A stretch of 64,000 nt of DNA from positions 92,298 to 156,297 of the forward strand of contig JBDLRP010000026.1 in the NCBI GenBank assembly GCA_039799905.1, written 5' to 3'. This DNA comes from Pseudomonadota bacterium. GTDB taxonomy: Bacteria; Bdellovibrionota_B; Oligoflexia; Silvanigrellales; Silvanigrellaceae. A program made the position numbers and the translations under genes. The notes beneath the pieces are model-generated. The model made no database searches. It was not told the DNA's origin and saw only the letters and a program-made list of their open reading frames with translations. The first letter of the stretch is position 1, and every line of letters starts with the position of its first letter. Shown piece by piece: positions 1-9,988 of the stretch.

Positions 1-40
1 TATCTCTCCGTATTGTCCGCCGAAATTCAAGGGGAGTACT

Positions 41-823
41 ATGAAACGACGCACAGTGTCCGTTGCAGTCTTGTCTCTGGCCCTCATGGCATCCTGCGGA
101 ACGCCGACCGCCACCACTTCACGCACAGTTTCGACCATCCAACGCGGCGATATTATAATCGAAACAATTGAAACATCGACAAATCCGCAGATCTCTGCAG
201 CCGAAGCGGAAGCGGAAATCCGCGCTGCTCTCTCGCAGCAGAGCATCAGCGCAACTCAGGGCGAACTGACGAATTCCACGGTCGGCGGCCGTGTGCTCGA
301 AAACACCTCGACAGACAAAATTGACACCATCGTGCGCATCGTGAATGCGTTCGCGGATTTGGCAAAGCGGGTCGTTGCACCCGACACGCCCCTGATGAAA
401 GGCAACATCATCGCGGAGGCGCGCCCCGCCGGATTGGAGCCGATGGCTCTGCAAAACAGCAAGTACTCGGGGAAGTCCTACAAAAAACTTTTCAAGAGCC
501 TGCTGGGCTTCAAGCTCGTCGAAGTCGAATACAAAATCGCCTATTCATACGGAGCTGATAACAACGGCAAAGGACAGTACATTCCTCACGTTCTTTTCAC
601 TCCGATGAAAATTGTCCTCGATCCGCTTTGGCACCTCGAGGCCGACTCCCTCTCGCTCGCTCCCAGAAATTGCGGTACCATTGAGGACCCCATCGCGGCA
701 TTGGAGTTCAATCTCGCCTTCAAGGCGAAAGGTCTGACCGGCACAATTATGGCCACAGATACTTTCTCATTGAATGCTCAAACGGGTGAGCTTGTTGCCG
801 ACGGGAGGGATTTTCAGCCCTAG
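41..823 (+). CDS. Hypothetical lipoprotein
   Basis: GGGGAG RBS before the ATG; lipobox-like LALMASC; beta-rich C-terminal half (YSYGADNNGKGQYI...GTIEDPIAALE) with no recognised catalytic motif. Confidence 0.75.
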   Translation: MKRRTVSVAVLSLALMASCGTPTATTSRTVSTIQRGDIIIETIETSTNPQISAAEAEAEIRAALSQQSISATQGELTNSTVGGRVLENTSTDKIDTIVRIVNAFADLAKRVVAPDTPLMKGNIIAEARPAGLEPMALQNSKYSGKSYKKLFKSLLGFKLVEVEYKIAYSYGADNNGKGQYIPHVLFTPMKIVLDPLWHLEADSLSLAPRNCGTIEDPIAALEFNLAFKAKGLTGTIMATDTFSLNAQTGELVADGRDFQP

Positions 824-853
824 TTTCCTAATTCTCAGCAAGGAGCGCAGAGA

Positions 854-2050
854 ATGAACAATCCTACGGAAGGCAGCCCGTCCGCAACGACTCTCAGCGC
901 GGGTATCATCCCCCGCACATCTTCATCCGAAATTGTTGAAATGAGTTGGTTCGCACCCATCTGCTCGGATGACTTCGAGTATCTGGGAGTTCCAGAATCC
1001 CGCCTGAAAAGTTCTTGGGCTCATGTTTCCAAAATTGCTCTGGAGGCGGAGCGGCAGGGATTCGACAACATGCTTTGTCCGAGCAGCTATCAGGTCGGAC
1101 AGGACACACTCACCTTCGCAGCTGCTTTGGCTCCACAACTGAAAAAAATGAGTCTGCTGGCTGCCATCCGCTGTGGCGAAGTGCATCCTGCGATGCTCGC
1201 ACGCACACTTGCCACGCTCGATCACATGCTCGAGGGGCGGCTCACGGTCAACATCATTTCATCCGACCTTCCCGGCGAAACACTCGACTCGAAAACTCGC
1301 TACGCAAAATCGCGTGAAGTCTGTCAGATTCTTCGCCAGTGCTGGACTCGCGAGGAAATCAATTTCGAAGGCGAATTCTACAAGCTGAAATTGCCAGCGG
1401 CGCCGTGCAAGCCCTATCAGCAAAACGGCGGGCCGCTGTTGTATTTCGGCGGACTCTCTCCCGACGCGCTGGACCTGTGTGCTCGCGAGTGTGATGTTTT
1501 CCTGATGTGGCCAGAAACCGAAGATCGTCTGCGTGCCCACATGCAAGAGATGACAACACGTGCCGAAACCTATGGCAGAAGGGTCGATTTTGGCCTGCGC
1601 GTACACATGATTGTCCGCGAAACAGAGCAAGAAGCCCGCGCCGCTGCGAGAAAACTCGTTTCAAAACTTAATGACGACAAGGGCAACGAGATCCGCAGCC
1701 GCGCACTCGACTCCAAATCGTTCGGTGTTGCCATGCAGGCGGAAATGCGCACTCTGGCTGATGACGACGGATTTGCAGAAGACCTGCTTTGGACCGGTGT
1801 CGGACGCGCGCGCTCGGGGTGCGGTTGTGCGCTGGTCGGCACGCCCGATCAAATTGTCAGCAAACTAAACCGCTACATCGACATGGGGATCCGCTCGTTT
1901 GTTCTTTCGGGATACCCGCACTTCGATGAATGCGGATTGGTCGGAAAATACGTTTTGCCGCGGTTCCGCAGAGGCAAGCTGGCGGAAATCCAAGGCCGCA
2001 TTCCCACATCACTTCCCAACACGCCGCTCGGCGCCGGAGTCCGTCAATGA
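854..2050 (+). CDS. smoC: LLM-class flavin-dependent monooxygenase, sulfoquinovose monooxygenase (SmoC/SquD)-like
   Basis: Motifs [49 protein letters not shown] and C-terminal GRIP..TPLG match my recollection of Agrobacterium SmoC; context with AKR, sugar ABC genes and GH31. Confidence 0.85.
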   Translation: MNNPTEGSPSATTLSAGIIPRTSSSEIVEMSWFAPICSDDFEYLGVPESRLKSSWAHVSKIALEAERQGFDNMLCPSSYQVGQDTLTFAAALAPQLKKMSLLAAIRCGEVHPAMLARTLATLDHMLEGRLTVNIISSDLPGETLDSKTRYAKSREVCQILRQCWTREEINFEGEFYKLKLPAAPCKPYQQNGGPLLYFGGLSPDALDLCARECDVFLMWPETEDRLRAHMQEMTTRAETYGRRVDFGLRVHMIVRETEQEARAAARKLVSKLNDDKGNEIRSRALDSKSFGVAMQAEMRTLADDDGFAEDLLWTGVGRARSGCGCALVGTPDQIVSKLNRYIDMGIRSFVLSGYPHFDECGLVGKYVLPRFRRGKLAEIQGRIPTSLPNTPLGAGVRQ

Positions 2051-2937
2051 TGAATACTCAACTCTCTCCCATGGTCTTTGGTGCATGGCGTCTGGCTGAC
2101 AACAAATCCGAAGCCACGCCCGATGCGGTTGCCCGCAAAATTCTCATGGCACTCGAACACGGTATCACGACCTTCGACCATGCCGACATCTACGGAAACT
2201 ACGAGTGCGAAAATCTATTCGGTCAGGCGATGGCAAAGCACTCCATTCCGCGCGGTAAAATTCAGCTCGTAACCAAATGCGGCATCAAGCTTGTCTCGGA
2301 AAACCGTCCAGAGCATGCGCTGAAGACCTACGAAACCACGCGGGCACATATCGTCCGTTCGGTCGAAACGTCGCTTAAAAACCTGCGCACCGATGTCATC
2401 GACCTTTTGCTGATTCACCGCCCCGATCCGCTGATGAATCCGTCTGAGGTCAACGAAACGTTCAGCGACCTGCACAAGCAGGGCAAAGTCAAATCATTTG
2501 GCGTTTCCAACTTTTCGCACTCGCAGGTGCGCATGCTGCAAAGCAGGCTGAGCATGCCGATCGTCACCAATCAAATCGAATTTTCACTGTTGCACACTGA
2601 CCCCATGCACAACGGTCAGCTCGACCAATGCGTTGAACTGAACATGATTCCGATGGCGTGGTCACCGCTTGCTGGCGGCCGGCTTTTCAGCCAGAACGAC
2701 GCACGCTCAACTCGAGTGCGGGAGTGCCTCACCGAGCTGGCGAAAAAATATCGTGTCACAGCTCCCGAGACGATCGCATATGCATGGCTGCTCAAACATC
2801 CATCCAAAGTTGTTCCCGTGCTGGGGACAGGTCAGGAAGACAGACTGAAAGCTGCCGTAAACGCGCTTAAGGTAGAGCTTGAGCACGATGACTGGTTCCG
2901 TCTGCTCAAAGCATCGGTCGGTCACGATGTGCCGTAA
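2047..2937 (+). CDS. smoB: Aldo/keto reductase, 6-oxoglucose (6-dehydroglucose) reductase SmoB/SquF-like
   Basis: AKR motifs [44 protein letters not shown] overlap with the monooxygenase stop (start moved from 1930 to 2047). Confidence 0.8.
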   Translation: MMNTQLSPMVFGAWRLADNKSEATPDAVARKILMALEHGITTFDHADIYGNYECENLFGQAMAKHSIPRGKIQLVTKCGIKLVSENRPEHALKTYETTRAHIVRSVETSLKNLRTDVIDLLLIHRPDPLMNPSEVNETFSDLHKQGKVKSFGVSNFSHSQVRMLQSRLSMPIVTNQIEFSLLHTDPMHNGQLDQCVELNMIPMAWSPLAGGRLFSQNDARSTRVRECLTELAKKYRVTAPETIAYAWLLKHPSKVVPVLGTGQEDRLKAAVNALKVELEHDDWFRLLKASVGHDVP

Positions 2938-4216
2938 GGCTGGTTTGGGGCGCTTTGCTTTGGCACTCGTGGTGCTGGCAGCCGCCTGCACAAAAAACAA
3001 CGAGAAACCGGTGCTGAAAGTTCTGACTTTCCGCGACAGGCAGTCGTCCGCTCTGCGCGAAGCCATTCCCGCATTCGAGGCGGAGCACAAAGTCCGCGTG
3101 CAATTTGATGACATTCCGGCATCGACCGTCGCAACAAAAATGATGACCGACCTCGCAGCAGGCGGGACTTATGACGTCTATGCCGTCGATGAACCGTTCA
3201 TCCCTCAATTTCATGAGGCACTTTTGCCGCTGGCGCAGTGGCCCGATGCACCTGCAGCTGATGAGGTTGGGAAATTCGAGGGCAAGGCCGTCGAGGCTGC
3301 AACTGTCAATGGCGCGCTGATCGGTTTGCCGGTCAACGGAAATGTCTACCAATATGTTTATCGTAAAGATCTGTTCGAATCGCCGGATGAAAAGTTGGCC
3401 TTTGAAAAACGCTTTCAGCGCGTGCTGAAACCAGCCGAAAATTTATCGGAACTGGTTCAACTGGCGCAGTTCTTTCATCGTCCTCCCAAGCTTTACGGCT
3501 TCGCGCCTTTCACCAAAATGTCTGAGGGAACGACTGTCGAATTCCTATGGCTTCTTGCCGCTGCGGGCCATCCACTCGGGCATCGGTCACCACCGCCCGA
3601 CACAACTGTCATTCATTCGGCTCTTACCACCTATGCACAACTGATGCAGACAGCTCCGAAAGCGGCACGTGCGTGGCACCACACAGAGCGGATGTCGGCC
3701 TACGCCAAAGGCAAAGTGGCGCAGATGATGACGTGGAACAGCTTCTTTTTCGACCTCGAAGATGAATACAAGTCGCTCGTCGTCGGTCGCACGGGCTACG
3801 CAAAATCACCCGGCTCCACGGCTACGAGTCTGGCCGGAACGTGGATTGCCGGTGTGCGTAAAAACTCACAGCAGACAGCTGCCGCGAGTGCGTTCATCCG
3901 TTGGTGGACCTCGCGCACAGTCAATGAAACTCTGGTGCGCAAAGGACTCAGCAGCGCGCGTTCCGATGTGCTGACAAACCCGACTCTTTCGCGTCAATTC
4001 CCTTGGCTCGCAACAACTCACATCAACTTCGGCAATGCCTTTCTGCGGCCGCGCCACAAACAGTACCGTGCGGCATCTGATGAAGTCAGCAAAGCGTTCA
4101 CCCGCTGGGTGGCGGGTCAGACGTCCGATCAAGAGGCAGCGCAATATCTACGCAGTGCTCTCGAACGAATGGATGAACTGGCCATGGGCCGCACAGCGCG
4201 AAAGGAATCACGCTGA
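2927..4216 (+). CDS. CUT1-family sugar ABC transporter substrate-binding lipoprotein
   Basis: Lipobox LVVLAAAC; SBP_bac_1-like segments (FEAEHKVRVQ, YRKDLFE, GKVAQM, LAGTWIAG); overlaps the AKR end. Confidence 0.85.
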   Translation: MCRKAGLGRFALALVVLAAACTKNNEKPVLKVLTFRDRQSSALREAIPAFEAEHKVRVQFDDIPASTVATKMMTDLAAGGTYDVYAVDEPFIPQFHEALLPLAQWPDAPAADEVGKFEGKAVEAATVNGALIGLPVNGNVYQYVYRKDLFESPDEKLAFEKRFQRVLKPAENLSELVQLAQFFHRPPKLYGFAPFTKMSEGTTVEFLWLLAAAGHPLGHRSPPPDTTVIHSALTTYAQLMQTAPKAARAWHHTERMSAYAKGKVAQMMTWNSFFFDLEDEYKSLVVGRTGYAKSPGSTATSLAGTWIAGVRKNSQQTAAASAFIRWWTSRTVNETLVRKGLSSARSDVLTNPTLSRQFPWLATTHINFGNAFLRPRHKQYRAASDEVSKAFTRWVAGQTSDQEAAQYLRSALERMDELAMGRTARKESR

Positions 4217-5106
4217 TGCTCAGTGCAAAATCGCAGCGCTCGCTGCTTGTCTTCCTTTTCCCGGGCTGTGCACTTCTCACTTTGCTGATTGGCTGGCCTG
4301 TACTTGAAAGTGCCGTCAGTTCGCTGAGTGTCTCTGCAAACACAGCCGGACAGAGCGATACCTTTGCCGGAATCGCTCATTACAAGACGCTGCTCTCGCA
4401 AAGTTCATTTTGGAATGCGCTGTGGCTGGCGGCTCTTTTTACAATCACGACCACTTCATTAGAACTCGTCATCGGCCTAGCTGTCGCGCTGTTTCTTTAT
4501 TTTCAGCGCAGCCTGCCGCGTGTCGTCGAAATTCTTCTTATTCTTCCCATGTTCATTTTGCCAGTCGTCTCGGGGCTGACTTTTCGTTATATTTATGATC
4601 CCAACGACGGGCCGCTGTCTTTTATTTTTGATCGGCTGGGCTATGAACCCGCGGCTCCGCTGGCCGATTCCTTTTGGGCTTTTTGGTCGATCGTTGTGCA
4701 GGACATTTGGAGAATGTGGCCATTTTTATTCCTGATCATTTATGCAGGCCTCAAGGCTCTGCCGCGCTCCGCTCAGGAAGCGGCGCGCATGGACGGCGCA
4801 ACGACAGCTCAGATCATCCGATATGTCCTTCTTCCTGCGTTGCGCCCGACACTGGGTATTGCCGCTGGTTTGAAAATCATGGAGTCATTGAAGGTCTTCA
4901 CGGAAGTTTACGTCATGACGGGCGGCGGCCCTGGTGAATCGACCTCGCTGCTCTCACTGTTCGTTGTGAAGCAGGCCTTCCATTTCTTTCAAGTGGGGCC
5001 TGCATCTGCCGCATCTATTCTTCTGCTCGCACTGGGAATGAGTTTGGCTTGGACGGTCACCCGTATGCAAAACCGCCCAACTGTCGCAGGAGGTGCGAGC
5101 CGATGA
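4216..5106 (+). CDS. Sugar ABC transporter permease (MalF/UgpA-like)
   Basis: Multiple TM segments; EAA loop EAARMDGA; MTGGGPG. Confidence 0.9.
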   Translation: MLSAKSQRSLLVFLFPGCALLTLLIGWPVLESAVSSLSVSANTAGQSDTFAGIAHYKTLLSQSSFWNALWLAALFTITTTSLELVIGLAVALFLYFQRSLPRVVEILLILPMFILPVVSGLTFRYIYDPNDGPLSFIFDRLGYEPAAPLADSFWAFWSIVVQDIWRMWPFLFLIIYAGLKALPRSAQEAARMDGATTAQIIRYVLLPALRPTLGIAAGLKIMESLKVFTEVYVMTGGGPGESTSLLSLFVVKQAFHFFQVGPASAASILLLALGMSLAWTVTRMQNRPTVAGGASR

Positions 5107-5936
5107 TGGATGCACAAAAGCGCCCTTTGCCGAGTTATGCCAAGGCTATTGTCGCGTTCTTGCTTTTTGTTCAGCTGGCGCCAATTCTCATCATCATTCA
5201 GACGGCATTCAAAACACCACGCAGTCTGCTCGAGAGCGGCTCATTTTCGCTGGACGGCTGGACGCTGAAAAACTTTCACCGCATTTTTGTCGAGCAGAGC
5301 CTCGCACCCGACTTGCTCAACTCAATCGGCATCGCATTTGGTTCGATGCTGCTTTCCGTCAGCTGCGGCTCGCTCATGGCCTTTGCACTCACACGCTGGC
5401 AAGGGCCGGCTCGCAAGCATCTGCTGACGACACTACTGGTGGCTCGGCTGCTGCCTCCGGTCGCGCTGGCCTTGCCGCTTTTTCTCGTGCTGCGCGGCTT
5501 GGGATTGCACGACACGCACGGCGGGTTGATTCTGGCGCACACGGCGCTGAACTTTCCGCTCGCAACCTGGATTTTGATGCCATTTATGGACTCCGTGCCG
5601 CGCGCGCTTGAAGAAGCTGCGTCGCTGGACGGTGCAAGCCGTGCGCAAACATTTCTCCATGTGGTGCTGCCCGTCAACAAGACTGGATTGGTTGTCGCCG
5701 CCTTGTTTTGTTTTTTGATGAGTTGGAACGATTTCCTGTTCTCGCTCATACTCGCCGGATCGGCCGTGAAAACTGCTCCGCTGACACTCAACGGATACGT
5801 CACGGGCTTTGGCACTGAGTGGGGCCCGCTGTGCGCGGGGGCGTGCGTCTTGCTTCTTCCTGTTTTTGCGCTGTCATTCAAACTTCATCAACACATGATT
5901 GCCTCGCCCACGCAGGGCGGAGTCAAGGGAGCGTAA
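5103..5936 (+). CDS. Sugar ABC transporter permease (MalG/UgpE-like)
   Basis: EEAASLDGAS EAA loop; SWNDFLFSLIL; ATGA overlap at 5103. Confidence 0.9.
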   Translation: MMDAQKRPLPSYAKAIVAFLLFVQLAPILIIIQTAFKTPRSLLESGSFSLDGWTLKNFHRIFVEQSLAPDLLNSIGIAFGSMLLSVSCGSLMAFALTRWQGPARKHLLTTLLVARLLPPVALALPLFLVLRGLGLHDTHGGLILAHTALNFPLATWILMPFMDSVPRALEEAASLDGASRAQTFLHVVLPVNKTGLVVAALFCFLMSWNDFLFSLILAGSAVKTAPLTLNGYVTGFGTEWGPLCAGACVLLLPVFALSFKLHQHMIASPTQGGVKGA

Positions 5937-5937
5937 T

Positions 5938-8049
5938 ATGAGACTCTCAGAAGAATCTGCACAGGACATCAATTTTGCATTGACTCCCGAATGGCCGAGC
6001 CTGACGGCGCGGGCACGCGGAGCCGTGCGCATGACTCCAGTGACAGGGTGTCGGTTGCTGCCTCAGCGAGAGCGCAATCAGTTCGTTCAGTTTGAATTGC
6101 AATTCAAGGACAGCAGCAAAAGCAAACTGTACATCGGCGCGCTCGACACTACGCCGGCAGCCTGGGTGATTTGGATGGGTGAACAACCTCGCCGCCATGA
6201 TCTTCTCAACACGGTTGTTTCGAACGAAATCAGGGTGGAGGAATCACGCACGGGCTGGACCCTGCGCTCGGCGTTTGCAACAGTGGACATCGACCAGTCA
6301 TCAGCAGCGCTGTGCATCAGAAATTCACTCGGCCAATGTGTATGGCAATCGGTCGGCAAAGATCTTTTTGTCGGTGATGTGCCAATGAGCTTTGCTGCCT
6401 TCAGGCACGCAGACGGTTTCGGCATGACCTTTGATTTTGCAGACACGCAACAGATCTGGGGCGGCGGTGAACAGTTCGGCCCAACAAATTTGCGCGGACG
6501 AATTTATGACGTAATGAACAGCGACGCTCTCGGCGTCAACGGCCACCTGCGCTACCAAAGCACTCCGTTCTTCATCACCGAACGTGGCCATTCATTTGCA
6601 ACACTGCAGTGTGAACCGGCACGCATCGATTTCGGCTCCCGCCGTCATGACATGACGACCTTCTCATCCGATGGTCAAACGCTCGGGCTTTATTTGGCGA
6701 TGCCGACCAATGCGAAACAGGCTATTGAGAATTGGCGTGCTCTGATGGGTGGCGTCAGCAGTGTTCCGGAGTGGAGTTTTGCGCTCTGGTTGTCGCGCTG
6801 TTTTTACAAAGACGAAAAAGAATTGCGCTCAGTGATTGAAGGCAACCGCACGCACAAGCTGGGAGCAGGTGTCATAAACCTCGACGCGCGTGCGTGGATG
6901 CGTGCACAAACGCGCACGGATTTTGTTTGGGACACATCGCGCTGGAGTCCTTATCAGACATTTATTCCTTGGCTCAGGGAGCAGGGTTTTCATGTTTGCC
7001 TCTGGGAGAATCCCTACGTTTCTTCGGCAACGGAAAAACTCTACGAAGAAGGCGCTCGCCTCGGCTACTTTGCCAAGACCAAATCGGGAGATGTTTATCC
7101 CTATCAGTGGGTCCCAACCGGTCTGGAAGGTTTTCCGCAGCCGCCCGTTGCGGGATTGGTCGACTTCACAAATCCAAAAGCCTGTGACTGGTGGAAAGAA
7201 CAGCACCGTCCGTTTTTGCGTGCCGGTGTGACGTGCTTCAAAACAGACTTTGGCGAGGAAATTCCGCACGACGCTGTGTTTGCCGATGGAAGCACTGGCC
7301 TTCAACTGCGCAACGTATACTCAGATTTATACAACCTGTGCGTCATGGAAGTGATGCGCGAAGAGTGCGGCGAGGAAGGAATTCTTTGGGCACGATCGGG
7401 CTATGCAAAGATGGGTAAAACTCCCGTCAAATGGGCAGGCGACAGCCAGACCTCGTGGACAGCACTGCGCGCATCGCTGCGCGGTGGACTTTCGCAGGCT
7501 GTGGGTGGAGCTGTGTTCTGGTCGCATGACATCGGCGGATTTTACGGACCCAGTCCGGATGCCGAGTTGTTCACTCGATGGTCTCAGGTCGGTCTGTGGG
7601 GAAGCCATGCACGCATGCACGGCACCTCGCCGCGCGAACCTTGGGAGTTCGGTGCAACCGCCATGCAACAAGTGCGCAAGGACGTTGCTCTGCGCAATGC
7701 CCTGCAGTCTTATTGGGTGGCGTGCGCCGCGGAGTGTGTACGCGAGCAAAAGAGCTTTGTGCGACCACTGTGGATGCTCAATCCGCAGGATGCACTCAGC
7801 TGGACCATCGAAGATCAGTTCCTCGCAGGTTCCGATGACGTTGTGGTTGCGCCCTATCTCACTGCCGAAGGCGGACGTCGCGTTTACCTTCCTTCAGGAG
7901 AATGGCTTTGCCTCAACAACGGACGCACTTTGGCGGGGCACTCGCTCGAGCAGATTGACCGCTGGAGTGAATGTCCTGTCTTCGTGCGGACCAGCTCGCG
8001 CTGGCTCAGCCTGTTCAAAAACTCTTTTGCGCAGATTTATGGGCGCTGA
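5938..8049 (+). CDS. GH31 glycoside hydrolase, YicI (alpha-xylosidase)-type motifs; candidate non-canonical sulfoquinovosidase
   Basis: Nucleophile motif CFKTDFGE, acid/base WAGD, WSHDIGGF, RMHG..PREPW; ATG at 5938 directly after the permease stop. Confidence 0.85.
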   Translation: MRLSEESAQDINFALTPEWPSLTARARGAVRMTPVTGCRLLPQRERNQFVQFELQFKDSSKSKLYIGALDTTPAAWVIWMGEQPRRHDLLNTVVSNEIRVEESRTGWTLRSAFATVDIDQSSAALCIRNSLGQCVWQSVGKDLFVGDVPMSFAAFRHADGFGMTFDFADTQQIWGGGEQFGPTNLRGRIYDVMNSDALGVNGHLRYQSTPFFITERGHSFATLQCEPARIDFGSRRHDMTTFSSDGQTLGLYLAMPTNAKQAIENWRALMGGVSSVPEWSFALWLSRCFYKDEKELRSVIEGNRTHKLGAGVINLDARAWMRAQTRTDFVWDTSRWSPYQTFIPWLREQGFHVCLWENPYVSSATEKLYEEGARLGYFAKTKSGDVYPYQWVPTGLEGFPQPPVAGLVDFTNPKACDWWKEQHRPFLRAGVTCFKTDFGEEIPHDAVFADGSTGLQLRNVYSDLYNLCVMEVMREECGEEGILWARSGYAKMGKTPVKWAGDSQTSWTALRASLRGGLSQAVGGAVFWSHDIGGFYGPSPDAELFTRWSQVGLWGSHARMHGTSPREPWEFGATAMQQVRKDVALRNALQSYWVACAAECVREQKSFVRPLWMLNPQDALSWTIEDQFLAGSDDVVVAPYLTAEGGRRVYLPSGEWLCLNNGRTLAGHSLEQIDRWSECPVFVRTSSRWLSLFKNSFAQIYGR

Positions 8050-8085
8050 AGGCCCACAAAATTCTCATATTTGGAATCAGGACGG

Positions 8086-8769
8086 ATGAAAAAGGCATTG
8101 GTTGCCGGCGGCACCGGACTCGTCGGCTCTTTTCTGCTCAAAGCACTTCAGGAAAGTGGCGAGTTTGCCACGACGGCGCTGGTGAGGCGTGCCGGCGCTT
8201 TGCCCAAAGAGTTATCCGGCACGCATGAGTTGGTTTTTGATTTCGAAAATCCAGCCCATTACGAAGCGCTTGAAAAACAACACTTCGATTTTGTTTTTTG
8301 TTGTTTGGGCACAACCATTAAAAAAGCAGGATCGGCAGAGCAATTCAGGCGCGTCGATTTCGACTACCCCAAGATGCTGCTGGATGCCGTCAAAGGCTCA
8401 AAACCTATTTTTGCACTTGTTTCTTCGGTAGGCGCGAACGCACCTTTCGGATTGTATCTCAAGACAAAGGCTGATTTGGAAAATGCGCTCATGTCGGCAG
8501 GCGTGAGGTATGTCATCGCGCGTCCATCACTGCTGCTCGGAGAACGCTCCGAGTTTCGCCCTGCGGAGGCTTTTTTTGCAAAAACATTCGGCCACCTGCA
8601 GCACCTGATGCGCAATCATCTTGGAGCTCGCATTGCCCGCAATGCACCTATCCACGCCAGCGAAGTCGCCAAGGCTCTCCTCAGCGGAGCCTTGGAAACT
8701 GAACGGACCGGCAAAAATTTAATCCTTGAAGGCAGGGGGTTGATTCCGGGACGATTGTCGGAAATTTGA
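8086..8769 (+). CDS. NAD(P)H-binding atypical SDR (YraR/TIP30-like)
   Basis: GGTGLVG Rossmann motif, CCLGTTIKKAGS..FRRVD, YLKTK, RPSLLLG. Confidence 0.85.
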   Translation: MKKALVAGGTGLVGSFLLKALQESGEFATTALVRRAGALPKELSGTHELVFDFENPAHYEALEKQHFDFVFCCLGTTIKKAGSAEQFRRVDFDYPKMLLDAVKGSKPIFALVSSVGANAPFGLYLKTKADLENALMSAGVRYVIARPSLLLGERSEFRPAEAFFAKTFGHLQHLMRNHLGARIARNAPIHASEVAKALLSGALETERTGKNLILEGRGLIPGRLSEI

Positions 8770-8908
8770 CCTGTGTTTTTTTCAAATTAATACCGATACC
8801 TCCTCCGGTGGGCCACGGAGGAAGAACAGTGTCTGAATGTCGTGAGGCATTGAGCATCAAACAACTTGGAAAAGACTGTCCGCGACTCGCTCGGCGGCTG
8901 GGAAAAAC

Positions 8909-9952
8909 ATGAACAAAAACGCCGGCAGGAAAATAAAGGTTCTGGTTGTCGACGACTCGGCCGTGATTCGGACGTTGATAACAAAGATCTTGTCGACGGA
9001 TCCTCAGATAGAAGTTGTCGGTGCGGCACCGGATGCCTACGTCGCGCGGGAATTACTGGTCACGCATATTCCTGATGTCATGACGCTTGATATTGGCATG
9101 CCGAAACTCGACGGCCTTCATTTTCTTGAGAAGGTCATGCGGCATTTTCCTACAAGGACAGTCATTATCAGCGGCCAGTCCGCAAAAGAATCTCAAACTG
9201 CAAACAAGGCACTTTCACTGGGAGCTGTTGATGTTATTCCCAAGAGCGAACTCGATTTGGCACGTGGTGCTCAGATTGTCAGTGAGTACCTTCTGGAACG
9301 AATCCATGCAGCGGCGGGAACAAAATTTAGCGAATTGAAGGCGGCTTTACCCAGCACACGTTCGCCCCTTCTGTTGGCAATCGCAGCTTCCACAGGCGGA
9401 CCAGAGGCCCTCAAGACTGTTTTGACCCAATTGCCACCCGATATTCCGCCGACCCTCATCGTCCAGCACATGCCAGCGGTTTTCACCAAGAGCTTTGCCG
9501 AAAATCTAAATGCACTTTGCTCGTTTGAAGTCCGCGAAGCACGTCATGGTGATCCACTTCAGGATGGTGTTGCATTGATTGCGCCGGGTAACTTTCACAT
9601 GACGGTTATCAAAGCGGCAGGCCGTTTGTGTGTCAGTCTCAATCAGAATCCACTTCTGCATGGTGTCAGACCAGCTGCGGACCCTTTGTTCGAGTCCATC
9701 GCGCCGCTCATGGGAAGCAGAGCCATCGGAGTAATTCTCACAGGAATGGGCAAGGACGGTGCGGAGGGACTTCTCCGCATGCGTCAATCAGGCAGTCATA
9801 ACATCGCTCAGGACGAGGCCACTTGCGTGGTTTCCAGCATGCCACGCGAAGCGATTGAACTCGGTGCAGTTCAAGTCGTCAGTCCGCTCAGTAAAATTGC
9901 GTCACTTATTGTTGCAGAAATCACAAGAAGAACTGTTGCAAAAGCAGGCTGA
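8909..9952 (+). CDS. cheB: Chemotaxis protein-glutamate methylesterase with N-terminal receiver domain
   Basis: REC domain (VVDDS, TLDIGMP); catalytic triad motifs ASTGG, VQHMP, GMGKDG. Confidence 0.92.
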   Translation: MNKNAGRKIKVLVVDDSAVIRTLITKILSTDPQIEVVGAAPDAYVARELLVTHIPDVMTLDIGMPKLDGLHFLEKVMRHFPTRTVIISGQSAKESQTANKALSLGAVDVIPKSELDLARGAQIVSEYLLERIHAAAGTKFSELKAALPSTRSPLLLAIAASTGGPEALKTVLTQLPPDIPPTLIVQHMPAVFTKSFAENLNALCSFEVREARHGDPLQDGVALIAPGNFHMTVIKAAGRLCVSLNQNPLLHGVRPAADPLFESIAPLMGSRAIGVILTGMGKDGAEGLLRMRQSGSHNIAQDEATCVVSSMPREAIELGAVQVVSPLSKIASLIVAEITRRTVAKAG

Positions 9953-9988
9953 TGCAACAATTGTGAGCTGCAGACCTCTCAAAGTGAG

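Noticed and set aside
1930..2046. N-terminal extensions given by the ORF track (also at 2879, 5049, 5899, 23648, 23664, 24941, 53534, 53676, 61347)
   Set aside because: They overlap neighbouring genes or lack an RBS; downstream ATGs fit RBS position, stop-start coupling and domain starts better
8771..8800. Sigma-28 promoter upstream of cheB (ACCGATAC)
   Set aside because: No TAAA/TCAA at 15-nt spacing
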